NCBI GenBank assembly: GCA_958445985.1
Contig: CAUCUN010000004.1
Coordinates: 35,895 to 99,894 of the forward strand
DNA: 64,000 nt
DNA from: an uncultured Collinsella sp.
GTDB taxonomy: Bacteria; Actinomycetota; Coriobacteriia; Coriobacteriales; Coriobacteriaceae
Reading direction: 5' to 3'
Within the stretch, counting starts at the first letter, position 1. Every line of letters starts with the position of its first letter. A program made the position numbers and the translations under genes. Below, in pieces: positions 28,233 through 37,250 of this stretch. The notes under the pieces were generated by a model, which did not search any database, had not been told where the DNA came from, and worked only from the letters and a program-made list of their open reading frames with translations.

Positions 28233-30534
28233 GCAGACCAGCTCCCTTCAGAGCATCGGTAAGTGCGGCTCGCGTGTCGTCTGCCATGGGGCACAGCGGC
28301 ATACGGTAGTTTGCCTCGATCATGCCCATCTGGGCGAGCGCTTCCTTGACGGGGATGGGGTTGACCTCGCTAAAGAGGGCATTGATGAGCGGCTGGCCGG
28401 CAATCTGGATATCGTGGGCGCGTGCCACGTCACCGTCCAGATAGGCGCGGCACATGTCGTGCACGAGCTGCGGCTGAACATCGGCCCACACGCTGATGGT
28501 GCCCGAGGCGCCCAGGCTCATGAGCGGTACGGTAAGCGCGTCCTCGCCCGAGTACATGCGGAAGTCGTCTGACAGCAGGTGGGCGATCTTGGCTGCGTAG
28601 GCGACGTTGCCCGAGGCCTCCTTAATACCCATGATGTTGGGGTGCGCGGCCAGGCGTTCTACGTTGCGCTCGCTGATGCCGCAGCCACAGCGGCCGGGGA
28701 TGTTGTACAGGATGCAGGGGATGTCCACGGCATCGGCGACGGTCTTAAAGTGCTGATAGATACCCTCTTCATTGGACTTGTTGTAGTAGGGGGTGATGAG
28801 CAGCAGACCGTCGGCGCCCAGGCCCTGATAGGTGAGCGACTTGGTGAGCATGGTCTGCGTGGAGTTGGAGCCCGAGCCGGCAATAACGGGGACGCGTCCT
28901 GCAACATGCTTGACCACAGCGGCGACGACGGAGTTGTCCTCGTCATCGGTCATCGTGGCACTCTCACCGGTGGTGCCCAGGGTGAGGATGGCGTCAGTGC
29001 CATTTTGCAGGTGGAAATCGATAAGGCGCTCAAGCGCGTCAAAGTCGACACTGCCGTCCTTTTTAAACGGCGTGACAAGGGCGACGATTGAGCCCTCGAG
29101 ATTGCGGATATCCATGTTCTTCTCCTTCGCTTCCGCGATCTGGACGCGTTTGTTCCATTGGGCGGCGACTGCTAGGCGCTCGTCCTGAGCGCGACGGCGG
29201 GCGCTTTCGGCGCGCGATTTGGCCAGCAGCTCGCGGCCGCACGGCAGCACGTCGAGCGTGGCAAAGTAATCGCCCGGGCGCTCGGCGCGGCGAATGAGGT
29301 CTGCCGAGCCATCGGGGCGCAGCAGGACCTCGGCGGAGCGCAGGCGGCCGTTGTAGTTGTAGCCCATGGAGTAGCCATGCGCACCGGTATCGTGGATTAC
29401 AAGCAGGTCACCCATGTCGATATGCGGCAGCTCGCGATCGATAGCGAACTTGTCGTTGTTCTCGCATAGGTTGCCCGTGATGTCATAGGTGTTCGTGACG
29501 GGCGCTGTGGCCTTGTCGGCGCCGCCCGGCTGACCCATCACCGTAATGTGGTGGTAGGCGCCATACATGGCAGGGCGAATCAAATCGACGGCGCTTGCAT
29601 CGACGCCGATATAGTCCTTGTAGATCTGCTTCTCGTGGATAGCCTTGGCGACCAGGCAGCCGTAGGGGCCCATCATAAAGCGGCCCATCTCAGTGCAGAT
29701 GGCCACATCGCCCATGCCGGCGGGAACCAGGATCTCGTCGTATGCCGCGTGTACTCCCTCGCCGATGGTGCGAATGTCGTTGGCCTGCTGCTCGGGCAGG
29801 TAGGGGATGCCGACGCCGCCGGACAGATTGATGAAGGCGACGTGTGCGCCGGTCTCGCGCTCCAGGCGTACGGCAAGCTCAAAGAGGATGCGCGCGAGCT
29901 TGGGGTAGTAGTCGTTGGTGACGGTGTTGCTGGCAAGGAATGCGTGGATGCCAAAGTCCTCGGCGCCCTTGGCCTTGAGCATGCGGAAGGCCTCGAAGAG
30001 CTGCTCGGTGGTCATGCCATATTTGGAGTCGCCCGGGTTGTCCATGATGCCGTTGGAGAGCTGGAACAGGCCGCCTGGATTAAAGCGGCAGCTGACCGTC
30101 TTGGGGATGGGCCCCGCAACGCGCTCAAAGAACCCGATGTGGCTGATGTCGTCAAAGTTGACGATGGCACCCAGCTTGTCGGCGAGCTCAAAGTCGGCAG
30201 CCGGTGTGTCGTTGGACGAGAACATGATGTCGTGTCCCGTGATACCCAGTGAGCGGGCGATCATGAGCTCGGTATAGCTCGAGCAATCGCAGCCGCAGCC
30301 GTATTCGTTGAGGATGGAGATGAGCGCCGGGTTGGGGTTGGCCTTGACGGCAAAGTATTCCTTAAAGCCCGGGTTCCATGCAAAGGCGTCTCGCACTTCT
30401 TGCATGTTGCGGCGGATGCCCGCCTCGTCGTATAGATGAAACGGCGTGGGGAACTGCTCGACGATATGCTCGAGCGTCTCCTTGTCCACAAACGGCTGCT
30501 TGGCCGCATATGCCTCGTTGGGGGTCAATGCCAT
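28225..30534 (-). CDS. lysA-dapA: In-frame fusion of diaminopimelate decarboxylase (LysA) and 4-hydroxy-tetrahydrodipicolinate synthase (DapA; domain from 29115)
   Basis: LysA motifs FAVKANPN, SKYG, GNLCENND, DTGAHG; then DapA motifs ALVTPF, GTTGES, TPYYNK, YNIPGR, GIKEASG; no stop between them. Confidence 0.9.
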   Translation of the reverse strand: MALTPNEAYAAKQPFVDKETLEHIVEQFPTPFHLYDEAGIRRNMQEVRDAFAWNPGFKEYFAVKANPNPALISILNEYGCGCDCSSYTELMIARSLGITGHDIMFSSNDTPAADFELADKLGAIVNFDDISHIGFFERVAGPIPKTVSCRFNPGGLFQLSNGIMDNPGDSKYGMTTEQLFEAFRMLKAKGAEDFGIHAFLASNTVTNDYYPKLARILFELAVRLERETGAHVAFINLSGGVGIPYLPEQQANDIRTIGEGVHAAYDEILVPAGMGDVAICTEMGRFMMGPYGCLVAKAIHEKQIYKDYIGVDASAVDLIRPAMYGAYHHITVMGQPGGADKATAPVTNTYDITGNLCENNDKFAIDRELPHIDMGDLLVIHDTGAHGYSMGYNYNGRLRSAEVLLRPDGSADLIRRAERPGDYFATLDVLPCGRELLAKSRAESARRRAQDERLAVAAQWNKRVQIAEAKEKNMDIRNLEGSIVALVTPFKKDGSVDFDALERLIDFHLQNGTDAILTLGTTGESATMTDDEDNSVVAAVVKHVAGRVPVIAGSGSNSTQTMLTKSLTYQGLGADGLLLITPYYNKSNEEGIYQHFKTVADAVDIPCILYNIPGRCGCGISERNVERLAAHPNIMGIKEASGNVAYAAKIAHLLSDDFRMYSGEDALTVPLMSLGASGTISVWADVQPQLVHDMCRAYLDGDVARAHDIQIAGQPLINALFSEVNPIPVKEALAQMGMIEANYRMPLCPMADDTRAALTDALKGAGLLD

Positions 30535-30603
30535 GTCCCGTAAACCTCGCTATCCAGACGGCGCCATCTGCGCATCGAATCCGCATAGCGTGGACCCAAT
30601 GTC

Positions 30604-30765
30604 CGGATAGCGCTCCCGCATTGCTGCAGACAGTCCTGTGGGTGTTTCCCACAGGCCCACCAGGTTGTTCGTGCCCGAAAAACCCAGTTCGGCGGGTTTC
30701 GCCTCCCCACGGGGTCAAAGCCTGCCGGCTCGCCCGCGGATCTTCGTGCCCGCGCCTCTATCAAG
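30604..30765 (-). ncRNA. Lysine riboswitch (L-box)
   Basis: Minus strand GATAGAGGCGCG ... GCCGAA ... GGGCCTGTGGGAAACACCCACAGGACTGTC ... GGAGCGCTATC, matching the L-box P1 and multi-stem layout, directly upstream of lysA. Confidence 0.85.
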
Positions 30766-30912
30766 TGGTAAAGACCCTATCACGTTGCACTTTACCAAAC
30801 AAGAGTATTCGTATATAACGTTTAAAAAATGCAGGGATATGCTGGAAACATGTGCGCCACAATCCTGTATCACAATAAGTTGCAACAGATGTGCCTTACG
30901 AAGGGATTCTCT

Positions 30913-32100
30913 ATGACCGAGCTCCAAGAACTCCGTCGCTATCGCCGCGATCTCCATCGTATTCCGGAGCTCGATTTCGATCTTCCGCAGACTATCGCCT
31001 ATATCGAGGGCGTGTTGGCGCCGCTCGCATGCGAGGTGACCCATCCGTGTCCCAGCTGCGTCTGCGCTTTCTTCGACGCTGGCGTTGGTGCCGCGCGTGC
31101 CACGGCGATTCGCGCCGATATGGATGCGCTGCCCATCGCGGAGGCGACGGGAGCGGCCTTTGCCTCGACCCATCCCGGCAAGATGCACGCTTGCGGACAT
31201 GACGGACACATGGCCATGGCGCTTGCGGCCGCGACGTATGTCGACCGTACGATTCGCGAGCAACCGGGCGCCATTAGGCGCAACGTTCTCTTTGTGTTCC
31301 AGCCGGCCGAGGAAACGACCGGTGGTGCCAAGACGGTATGCGAGAGCGGCGTGTTCGAGCGCTACGGGGCGGATCGCATCTTCGGCTTCCACGTGTGGCC
31401 CGATCTGCCCGCCGGCACGTTGGCGAGCTGCCCCGGTCCGTTGCTGGCGCGTTCGAGTGAGACGCATATCCATATTCACGGGACGAGCATCCATATCGCT
31501 AAGACCTATGGCGTTCCGGTCGAGGAGTCGCACGATGCGGCGCTGGCGGCTGCCAAGTTCTTGGTTGCAGAGCGCGAACTGATGGATGAGCTGGGTGCCG
31601 ACGAGCCCTGCATTGGTAAGTTCGGCCTGCTGCAGGCCGGCGCCGTCTGCAATGCGGTGGCGGGGGAGGCCCATGTTGCCGGCAGCCTGCGTGTGTTTAC
31701 GGACGACATGTTCGACCGGGCGCGCGAAGGCGTGCGCCGCGTGCTGGACGATGCCTGTGCCGCAACGGGCTGCACGTATGATCTCGACTTTGCCGAGGGC
31801 TATCCGCCGGTCGACAACGACCCCGAGTTGTTTGCCAGCGTCGCGCCTGCCTTGCCCGGGCTGCAGCTTGTGGAGGAACCGCTGCTGATCGCCGAGGATT
31901 TCGCGTTCTATCAACGCCATCTGCCGGGCGTGTTTTTCCTGCTGGGCACGGGTATGCCAGAGGACCAAGACAACCCGAGTGATTCGGATGGCTGCCCCGC
32001 CTATGCAACAAGCGCTCTGCATACCGATAGCATGCTCTTCGACGAGGAAATCCTTCTCAAAGGCCTCGATGTCTACAAACGATTGCTTGGCTTGGAGTGA
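30913..32100 (+). CDS. M20 amidohydrolase, probable N-acetyl-diaminopimelate deacetylase
   Basis: LHRIPEL, RADMDALP, MHACGHDGH, FQPAEE, AEDFAFY motifs; divergent from the dap operon. Confidence 0.8.
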   Translation: MTELQELRRYRRDLHRIPELDFDLPQTIAYIEGVLAPLACEVTHPCPSCVCAFFDAGVGAARATAIRADMDALPIAEATGAAFASTHPGKMHACGHDGHMAMALAAATYVDRTIREQPGAIRRNVLFVFQPAEETTGGAKTVCESGVFERYGADRIFGFHVWPDLPAGTLASCPGPLLARSSETHIHIHGTSIHIAKTYGVPVEESHDAALAAAKFLVAERELMDELGADEPCIGKFGLLQAGAVCNAVAGEAHVAGSLRVFTDDMFDRAREGVRRVLDDACAATGCTYDLDFAEGYPPVDNDPELFASVAPALPGLQLVEEPLLIAEDFAFYQRHLPGVFFLLGTGMPEDQDNPSDSDGCPAYATSALHTDSMLFDEEILLKGLDVYKRLLGLE

Positions 32101-32426
32101 CGATGGAACGACGCCGACAGTCTGCCATTTATAGTCCCGGTGGGTGTGGATGCGGCTTGTTGTTGCTTCCGGTTATTGCTGTGAGCATTGGCGTGATGTT
32201 TGCGCTTGCTGGGCTGGCTGCGGCGGCACTCGTACTGTTTATCACTGCCATCGGCGTGACGATTTGGCTCTGCCGCAATCGCGAGCGACGCCGTGCCGGC
32301 GGTAAAACCAATGTCGGCTGGGTTGTATTCCTGGTCATTGCGTACCCGCTGAGTGTCAGCTACCTGGTGTTCTTTGTCCTGTTGATGGTCAGTGCCTTTA
32401 CCGGGGAATCCGTCACGGTGGGTTGA
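32097..32426 (+). CDS. Small membrane protein (2-3 TM)
   Basis: GTGA overlap with the upstream stop; hydrophobic segments separated by an Arg-rich loop. Confidence 0.55.
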   Translation: MTMERRRQSAIYSPGGCGCGLLLLPVIAVSIGVMFALAGLAAAALVLFITAIGVTIWLCRNRERRRAGGKTNVGWVVFLVIAYPLSVSYLVFFVLLMVSAFTGESVTVG

Positions 32427-32590
32427 TGCGCTGCCGGCAGACGGTCGCGCAAAGTGCGTTTGCTCGGCGTTTGGATAACTGCATTGGCCGTTTACCGCAG
32501 CCTTAGCTCTCAGCTAATGAATTCAAGTTCAATCCTTCCTACGATGTGCTGTGTACCGGCACGGTAGCCGGATCGTAGGAAGGATGAATA

Positions 32591-33034
32591 ATGGCAAAAG
32601 AGGGAAAGAAGCCGATCGGCAAGATTGTCCTAGGCGTCATCGTGGTGCTGGTTATTGTCGGTGCCGTGGGCTCTATGGGTGGCAATTCAACCGATTCGTC
32701 TGCGAGCGATTCGGCAAAGCCTGCCGAGGCGACACAGCAGGCTGAGGAGCAAAAAGAACCGCAAGAACCGTATACCATTGCTGACGAGGCTGAAGACACC
32801 TCCAATCAGTTTGCCTATAAGATCACGGGCACGCTGACCAATAACACGGACAAGGAAAAGAGCTACATTCAGATCGAATATGTTCTGTATGATGCTGATG
32901 GCAACCAGGTTGGAACGGCTCTTGCAAACACCAATCATCTGAAGGCGGGCGGCTCCTGGAAGTTCGAGGCGCTGGGCACGGTGTCTCCCGATCAGGTCGC
33001 CAGTTGGGAACGCTCGGACGTGAGCGGTTTCTAG
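32591..33034 (+). CDS. Membrane-anchored FxLYD-domain protein
   Basis: N-terminal TM; ITGTLTN..SYIQIEYVLYDADGNQVG..L.AGGSWKFEA. Confidence 0.8.
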   Translation: MAKEGKKPIGKIVLGVIVVLVIVGAVGSMGGNSTDSSASDSAKPAEATQQAEEQKEPQEPYTIADEAEDTSNQFAYKITGTLTNNTDKEKSYIQIEYVLYDADGNQVGTALANTNHLKAGGSWKFEALGTVSPDQVASWERSDVSGF

Positions 33035-33066
33035 CATGTTGCATGCACTGGGGGAGGTGAGGCCGT

Positions 33067-33489
33067 ATGCCCGATAAAAAGCTGACTGAGGAGCTGCTCA
33101 ATGAGCTTCTCGATGCGCCAAGCATTGATGGTTATATCAAAGAGCACGACTTTGCCGCCCCGTCGCTTTCGGAGTATCTGAAACAGCTTTTGGAAGAAAA
33201 GGGGCTGGAGCGTTCGCGAGTGGTGCGCATGGCCGACCTCAACGAGACGTTTGGCTATCAGATCTTTACCGGTGCGCGGCATCCGAGCCGCAATAAGGTG
33301 CTGCAGATTGCATTTGCCATGGCGCTGACACTCAAGGAGGCCAACCGCGCCTTGACGGCGGCAGGCGCCAATATCCTCAACTGCAAGGACCGCCGTGACG
33401 CCATCATCATTTTCTGTATCGATCGTGGCTGCAGCCTGCAAAAGGTGAACGAGGAGCTGTATCGCTTTGGCGAGGAGACGGTGAGCTAA
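33067..33489 (+). CDS. XRE-like helix-turn-helix protein
   Basis: LSEYLKQLLEEKGL..YQIFTGARHPSRNKVLQIAF..DRRDAIIIFC; SD GGAGG. Confidence 0.75.
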   Translation: MPDKKLTEELLNELLDAPSIDGYIKEHDFAAPSLSEYLKQLLEEKGLERSRVVRMADLNETFGYQIFTGARHPSRNKVLQIAFAMALTLKEANRALTAAGANILNCKDRRDAIIIFCIDRGCSLQKVNEELYRFGEETVS

Positions 33490-33584
33490 CGGTTAGCTGC
33501 CGGCGGAGGCGCCGTTCACGACATTTTGAACGTGCAGGGCACGGGCGTCATGGTGCGTCCGTGCCCTGCGTTATTATGGACGCT

Positions 33585-34976
33585 ATGGATACTCAGAGCC
33601 CAACATATTCCGATGATGAGCTGACCGCTGCGCTCGCCGGACACCTGGCGTCACTTGAGCGTGATGACAGCTATCGCGTAGACCGTGTGCTCAAGCACTC
33701 CGACGTCGAGACGACCGAGCTCGTGTACTTTGAGGGCTCCGGCGGAGGATCTCTTGGTCCCTTTGTTCGCAAGCGCATCGACGCGTCGGCCCAGATTGGC
33801 GGGGCGTATGAACGCCTGTTTGCGGCCCAGCATGCCGGGCGACGTTACGAGCACTTGCCTCGGATTGTCGATTGCCACCGCGTGGGCGACGAGCTTTGCG
33901 TGGTCATGGAATACATCGAAGGCGAAACGCTCGGGGCCCTGGTGGGGCGTTTGGGTGCAACGCCCGATTATGCTTGTGAGCTGTTTGGCTCCCTTTGTGA
34001 TGCAGTTGCGGAGCTCCACGCCGGCTTTGCGTCGGCGGGGGAGGTGGCTGCGCCGGTGATTCATCGCGACCTAAAGCCCTCGAATATCATCGTGTCGGGC
34101 GCGAACTATACGCCTGATGACGGCCTGACGTTTTCATCGCTGGTGATTATCGACTTGGGAATCGCTCGCGTGTGGCGCGAAGGAGCCGATGCCGATACCG
34201 TTAAGTTTGGCACGCGACCCTATGCGCCACCCGAGCAGTACGGTTTTGGCCAGACGAGCGTGCGAAGCGATGTCTATGCGCTCGGTGCCCTGCTGTTCTT
34301 TTGTCTGACGGGGGCCGACCCCAAGCCGGGCCGGGACATGCGCGAGCAATGCGAGGCATGTGACGTTCCCGTCCCGTTTGCCGATGTTATTTGCATGGCG
34401 ATGGCGCTCGATCCGGACAAGCGCTTTGCAAGCGCGAAGGCGCTAGGGCACGCTGCACGCGCATCGTATGCGTTGTCCACACCGACGCCATCGTCCGCGC
34501 CGAATGTTGCTTCCTTCCAAGAGCCTCCAGAGCGGCGAGTTGTGTGCCCTTCGCCCGTGCTCCCCACAGATCAGTCTCAGGGTGGATTGCCGTTGGTGCC
34601 TGAGCGCCCGAATTTACTCTCCCACATTCCCGACACCGTTGGGCGCATTTGGAACGCATTCGTCTATCTTTCGCTACTTGTTTTCTTTGCCGGAAGCCAT
34701 TTTGCCGTTTTTCATCCCACAGGCGCCAACCAAAACTACCCGATGTGGTTTCTCGCGATTGAGTATTTTGTCTTCGTCGACGGTTTCGTAGCGCTCATTC
34801 ATTTTGTAATGCTCGATAAACGCCGCCTTCGCCGGCGGTTTGAGCTACTCGATAGATATCGCGGTAAAAAGCTTGCAAAGCTCTGTTTCAAGGCTATGGG
34901 TGTGCTCTTGTTGGCAATGATTATCATTGTTGCCATCGCAAACGCGACGGGCGTCGTCGATACCTCCGTCGCGTAA
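33585..34976 (+). CDS. Hanks-type Ser/Thr protein kinase with C-terminal TM helices
   Basis: VMEYIEG, HRDLKPSN, IDLGIAR, GTRPYAPPEQ, SDVYALG; start is 33576 or 33585. Confidence 0.85.
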   Translation: MDTQSPTYSDDELTAALAGHLASLERDDSYRVDRVLKHSDVETTELVYFEGSGGGSLGPFVRKRIDASAQIGGAYERLFAAQHAGRRYEHLPRIVDCHRVGDELCVVMEYIEGETLGALVGRLGATPDYACELFGSLCDAVAELHAGFASAGEVAAPVIHRDLKPSNIIVSGANYTPDDGLTFSSLVIIDLGIARVWREGADADTVKFGTRPYAPPEQYGFGQTSVRSDVYALGALLFFCLTGADPKPGRDMREQCEACDVPVPFADVICMAMALDPDKRFASAKALGHAARASYALSTPTPSSAPNVASFQEPPERRVVCPSPVLPTDQSQGGLPLVPERPNLLSHIPDTVGRIWNAFVYLSLLVFFAGSHFAVFHPTGANQNYPMWFLAIEYFVFVDGFVALIHFVMLDKRRLRRRFELLDRYRGKKLAKLCFKAMGVLLLAMIIIVAIANATGVVDTSVA

Positions 34977-34979
34977 AAG

Positions 34980-35005
34980 AAAAAGGGCCCCGATTGGGGC
35001 CCTTT
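34980..35005. terminator. Bidirectional terminator
   Basis: AAAAAGGGCCCC-GATT-GGGGCCCTTT between convergent genes. Confidence 0.75.
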
Positions 35006-35015
35006 GACGTTGATC

Positions 35016-36149
35016 TTAGATGCGGTTCATCTGGGTTGCAACCTTGTTGTACCAGTCCTGCCACGTGGGCGGGCAGTACTTTTTGGCGGCTGCCGGGGTA
35101 AGCGTGGAGCCATAGTTGGCGCCCAGGTAGGCGACGTGGGCAGAGACGCCCTCGCTCCAGCTACCAAAGCTCCGCCAGCCGCCGCCACGGGCGCTCCAGC
35201 CCCAGGCGTTATAGGAGCCGGCACAATAGAGGCCCTTGCTGCTCTCGACGCAGGCGATGGCAGGGGACCAACGGGGGTCAACACCGGTGTTCCAGGCTGC
35301 CACGGCAAAGTTATAACCCTGGCCTGCCATGGGGGAGCCGGCGAGGTAGTTGTCAATGCGACTCGTCCACTCGTTGATAAACGAGTCGTAATCTGAGTTG
35401 CCGGTATTGGAGTTGTTCACCGTGGTGTCGATGGTGGCGTTGGCGTTGTTGGCCTGGCTGTTGGAGTTGTTGCCGCTTACGCCCTCGCCCGAGAGCTTCT
35501 CGGCGGCAGCGGCCTTGTCTGCCTCGAGCTTGGCCAGCTCGGCGGCATTTTCCTGCTCGGCTTTTGCCTGGGCTTCGCTGCGAAGCTGCTGGGCCTGTGC
35601 CAGTGCATCTTCGGCGGTTTTCTGCTCGGTCTCGAGTTGGGATTTAGCCTGTTCAAGCTCGGTCTTGTTCTGCTCGAGCTCGGTCTGCATCTTGTTGAGC
35701 TCTTCGATCTCATCGACGCTCGAGCTCGCGATCTGGTTGGTGTACCTGCAGGTGGTGATGAACTCGCCAAGGCTCTGTGCGTTGACCAGGAAGCTCACGA
35801 TGGGATTGGTGCCCTTCTGGTACTTATACAGATCGCGCATGGCGGAGCTTGCCTTTGCCTGCTGATCGGGAAGCTCGGCTTCGATCTGCTCGATGCTTGC
35901 CTCGTTGGTGTCGATTTGCTTTTGCAGATCCTCGAGCTTGGTGCGGGCCTCGTTGTAGGCGCTCGTGGCGGCTTCGATCTTCTGCTGGGCGGCGGAAAGC
36001 TGATCCTGCGTTGCCTGCGAGGCGGCATAGGCCGCGACGGGGGAGAGCATCGGCGTGGCCGTCAGCGCAACGGCGAGCGCGGCGCTCGTGATGATACGAG
36101 CCGGCTTCGACGCAATGAGCGCTGCGGTGCGATGATTCGAATGCTGCAT
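35016..36149 (-). CDS. Secreted PcsB-like coiled-coil protein with C-terminal lysozyme/glucosaminidase-like domain (putative peptidoglycan hydrolase)
   Basis: Signal peptide ending AYA; long coiled coil; VDPRWSPAIACVESSKG..NAWGW. Confidence 0.7.
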   Translation of the reverse strand: MQHSNHRTAALIASKPARIITSAALAVALTATPMLSPVAAYAASQATQDQLSAAQQKIEAATSAYNEARTKLEDLQKQIDTNEASIEQIEAELPDQQAKASSAMRDLYKYQKGTNPIVSFLVNAQSLGEFITTCRYTNQIASSSVDEIEELNKMQTELEQNKTELEQAKSQLETEQKTAEDALAQAQQLRSEAQAKAEQENAAELAKLEADKAAAAEKLSGEGVSGNNSNSQANNANATIDTTVNNSNTGNSDYDSFINEWTSRIDNYLAGSPMAGQGYNFAVAAWNTGVDPRWSPAIACVESSKGLYCAGSYNAWGWSARGGGWRSFGSWSEGVSAHVAYLGANYGSTLTPAAAKKYCPPTWQDWYNKVATQMNRI

Positions 36150-36383
36150 CCAGTCCCTCTGCAATCAATCGTAGGTTATCGTTCGAACGGTATTCTACTA
36201 CTGCTTTCGACCTCAACTTGAACCTTAAAGGTCCCAAAGGGTCAAGTTGAACTTGAGGCTTTGGCTTTGACCTGCAGTTATGATGAATTGTTGAGAAACC
36301 ATAGAGTTCAACTTTAACGTTACAGAGCTCTGTTTGAGAGGGGTTTTGGGCTGTAAAAGCCATCTCAACGTGGGGTTTTATAA

Positions 36384-37016
36384 CTACAGCGTGCCCTTCT
36401 GGCGAGCCTGCTCAATCTCTTCGAGGGCCTCGGCGGGGGTGAACGAACAGGTGCCGTCGCCGAGTTTGATTACCTGGATATCGTCGCCGGCGTAGACCTC
36501 TCCGCCCTTTAGTACCACGCCAAAAACGCCCTCGTGGGGAAAGATGCAGTCGCCGGCGAGATAGTAGATGGCACAGCGTGTGTGGCAGACCTTGCCGATT
36601 TGGCTGATTTCGACAAGCACCTCGCTGCCAAGCTTGAGCTGTGTGCCCAAGGGGAGCGAGAGCAGGTTGATGCCCCGGGTTGTGAAGTTCTCCCCAAAGT
36701 CACCCTCGTGTACGTCGAGCCCGCGTGCCTGCGCCGTCTGGATGGACTCCGCGGCTAAAAAGGAAACCTGACGGTGCCAATGTCCGGCGTGCGCATCGGT
36801 GGCGAGGCCATATTGCTCTATAACGGTGTCGCGTCCATCGGCGACGGGCGACTTGCGAGTGCCCTTGTGTACCGACGTGTTGATCGAGACGATGTGGGCG
36901 GGTCCGTTGTAGGCGTCGTTTGCCGTGCACAGGGGAGCGGTCGCTTTCGCACGTTTCGCCAGCTCGCGCCTCGCGGCATTGAGGATGGGATTATCGGTCG
37001 GATGGTCTTGGGGCAC
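36384..37016 (-). CDS. MOSC-domain protein
   Basis: DAHAGHWHRQVSFL, GDFGENF, QIGKVCH..C, EGVFGVVL motifs. Confidence 0.85.
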   Translation of the reverse strand: MPQDHPTDNPILNAARRELAKRAKATAPLCTANDAYNGPAHIVSINTSVHKGTRKSPVADGRDTVIEQYGLATDAHAGHWHRQVSFLAAESIQTAQARGLDVHEGDFGENFTTRGINLLSLPLGTQLKLGSEVLVEISQIGKVCHTRCAIYYLAGDCIFPHEGVFGVVLKGGEVYAGDDIQVIKLGDGTCSFTPAEALEEIEQARQKGTL

Positions 37017-37250
37017 GTGCGCGCCTTTCGCTCGAGGATGTCAATACACTGAATCCTACAACAATGGTAGGTTCATTGCCCGCTGTCATACAATGGTGAG
37101 CGCCGTCTTCGTGCTGGCCTTCGTGCTGGACGATTACGTCGATTGCCATAGATACGGTGGAGCTTTGGGCGCCGGCGGCTTGGCACGCTAGAATAAATCA
37201 GTTGCGCAAAGACCGCCCGTTGTGTGGGCAGTTCATGATAGGAAGTTTCC

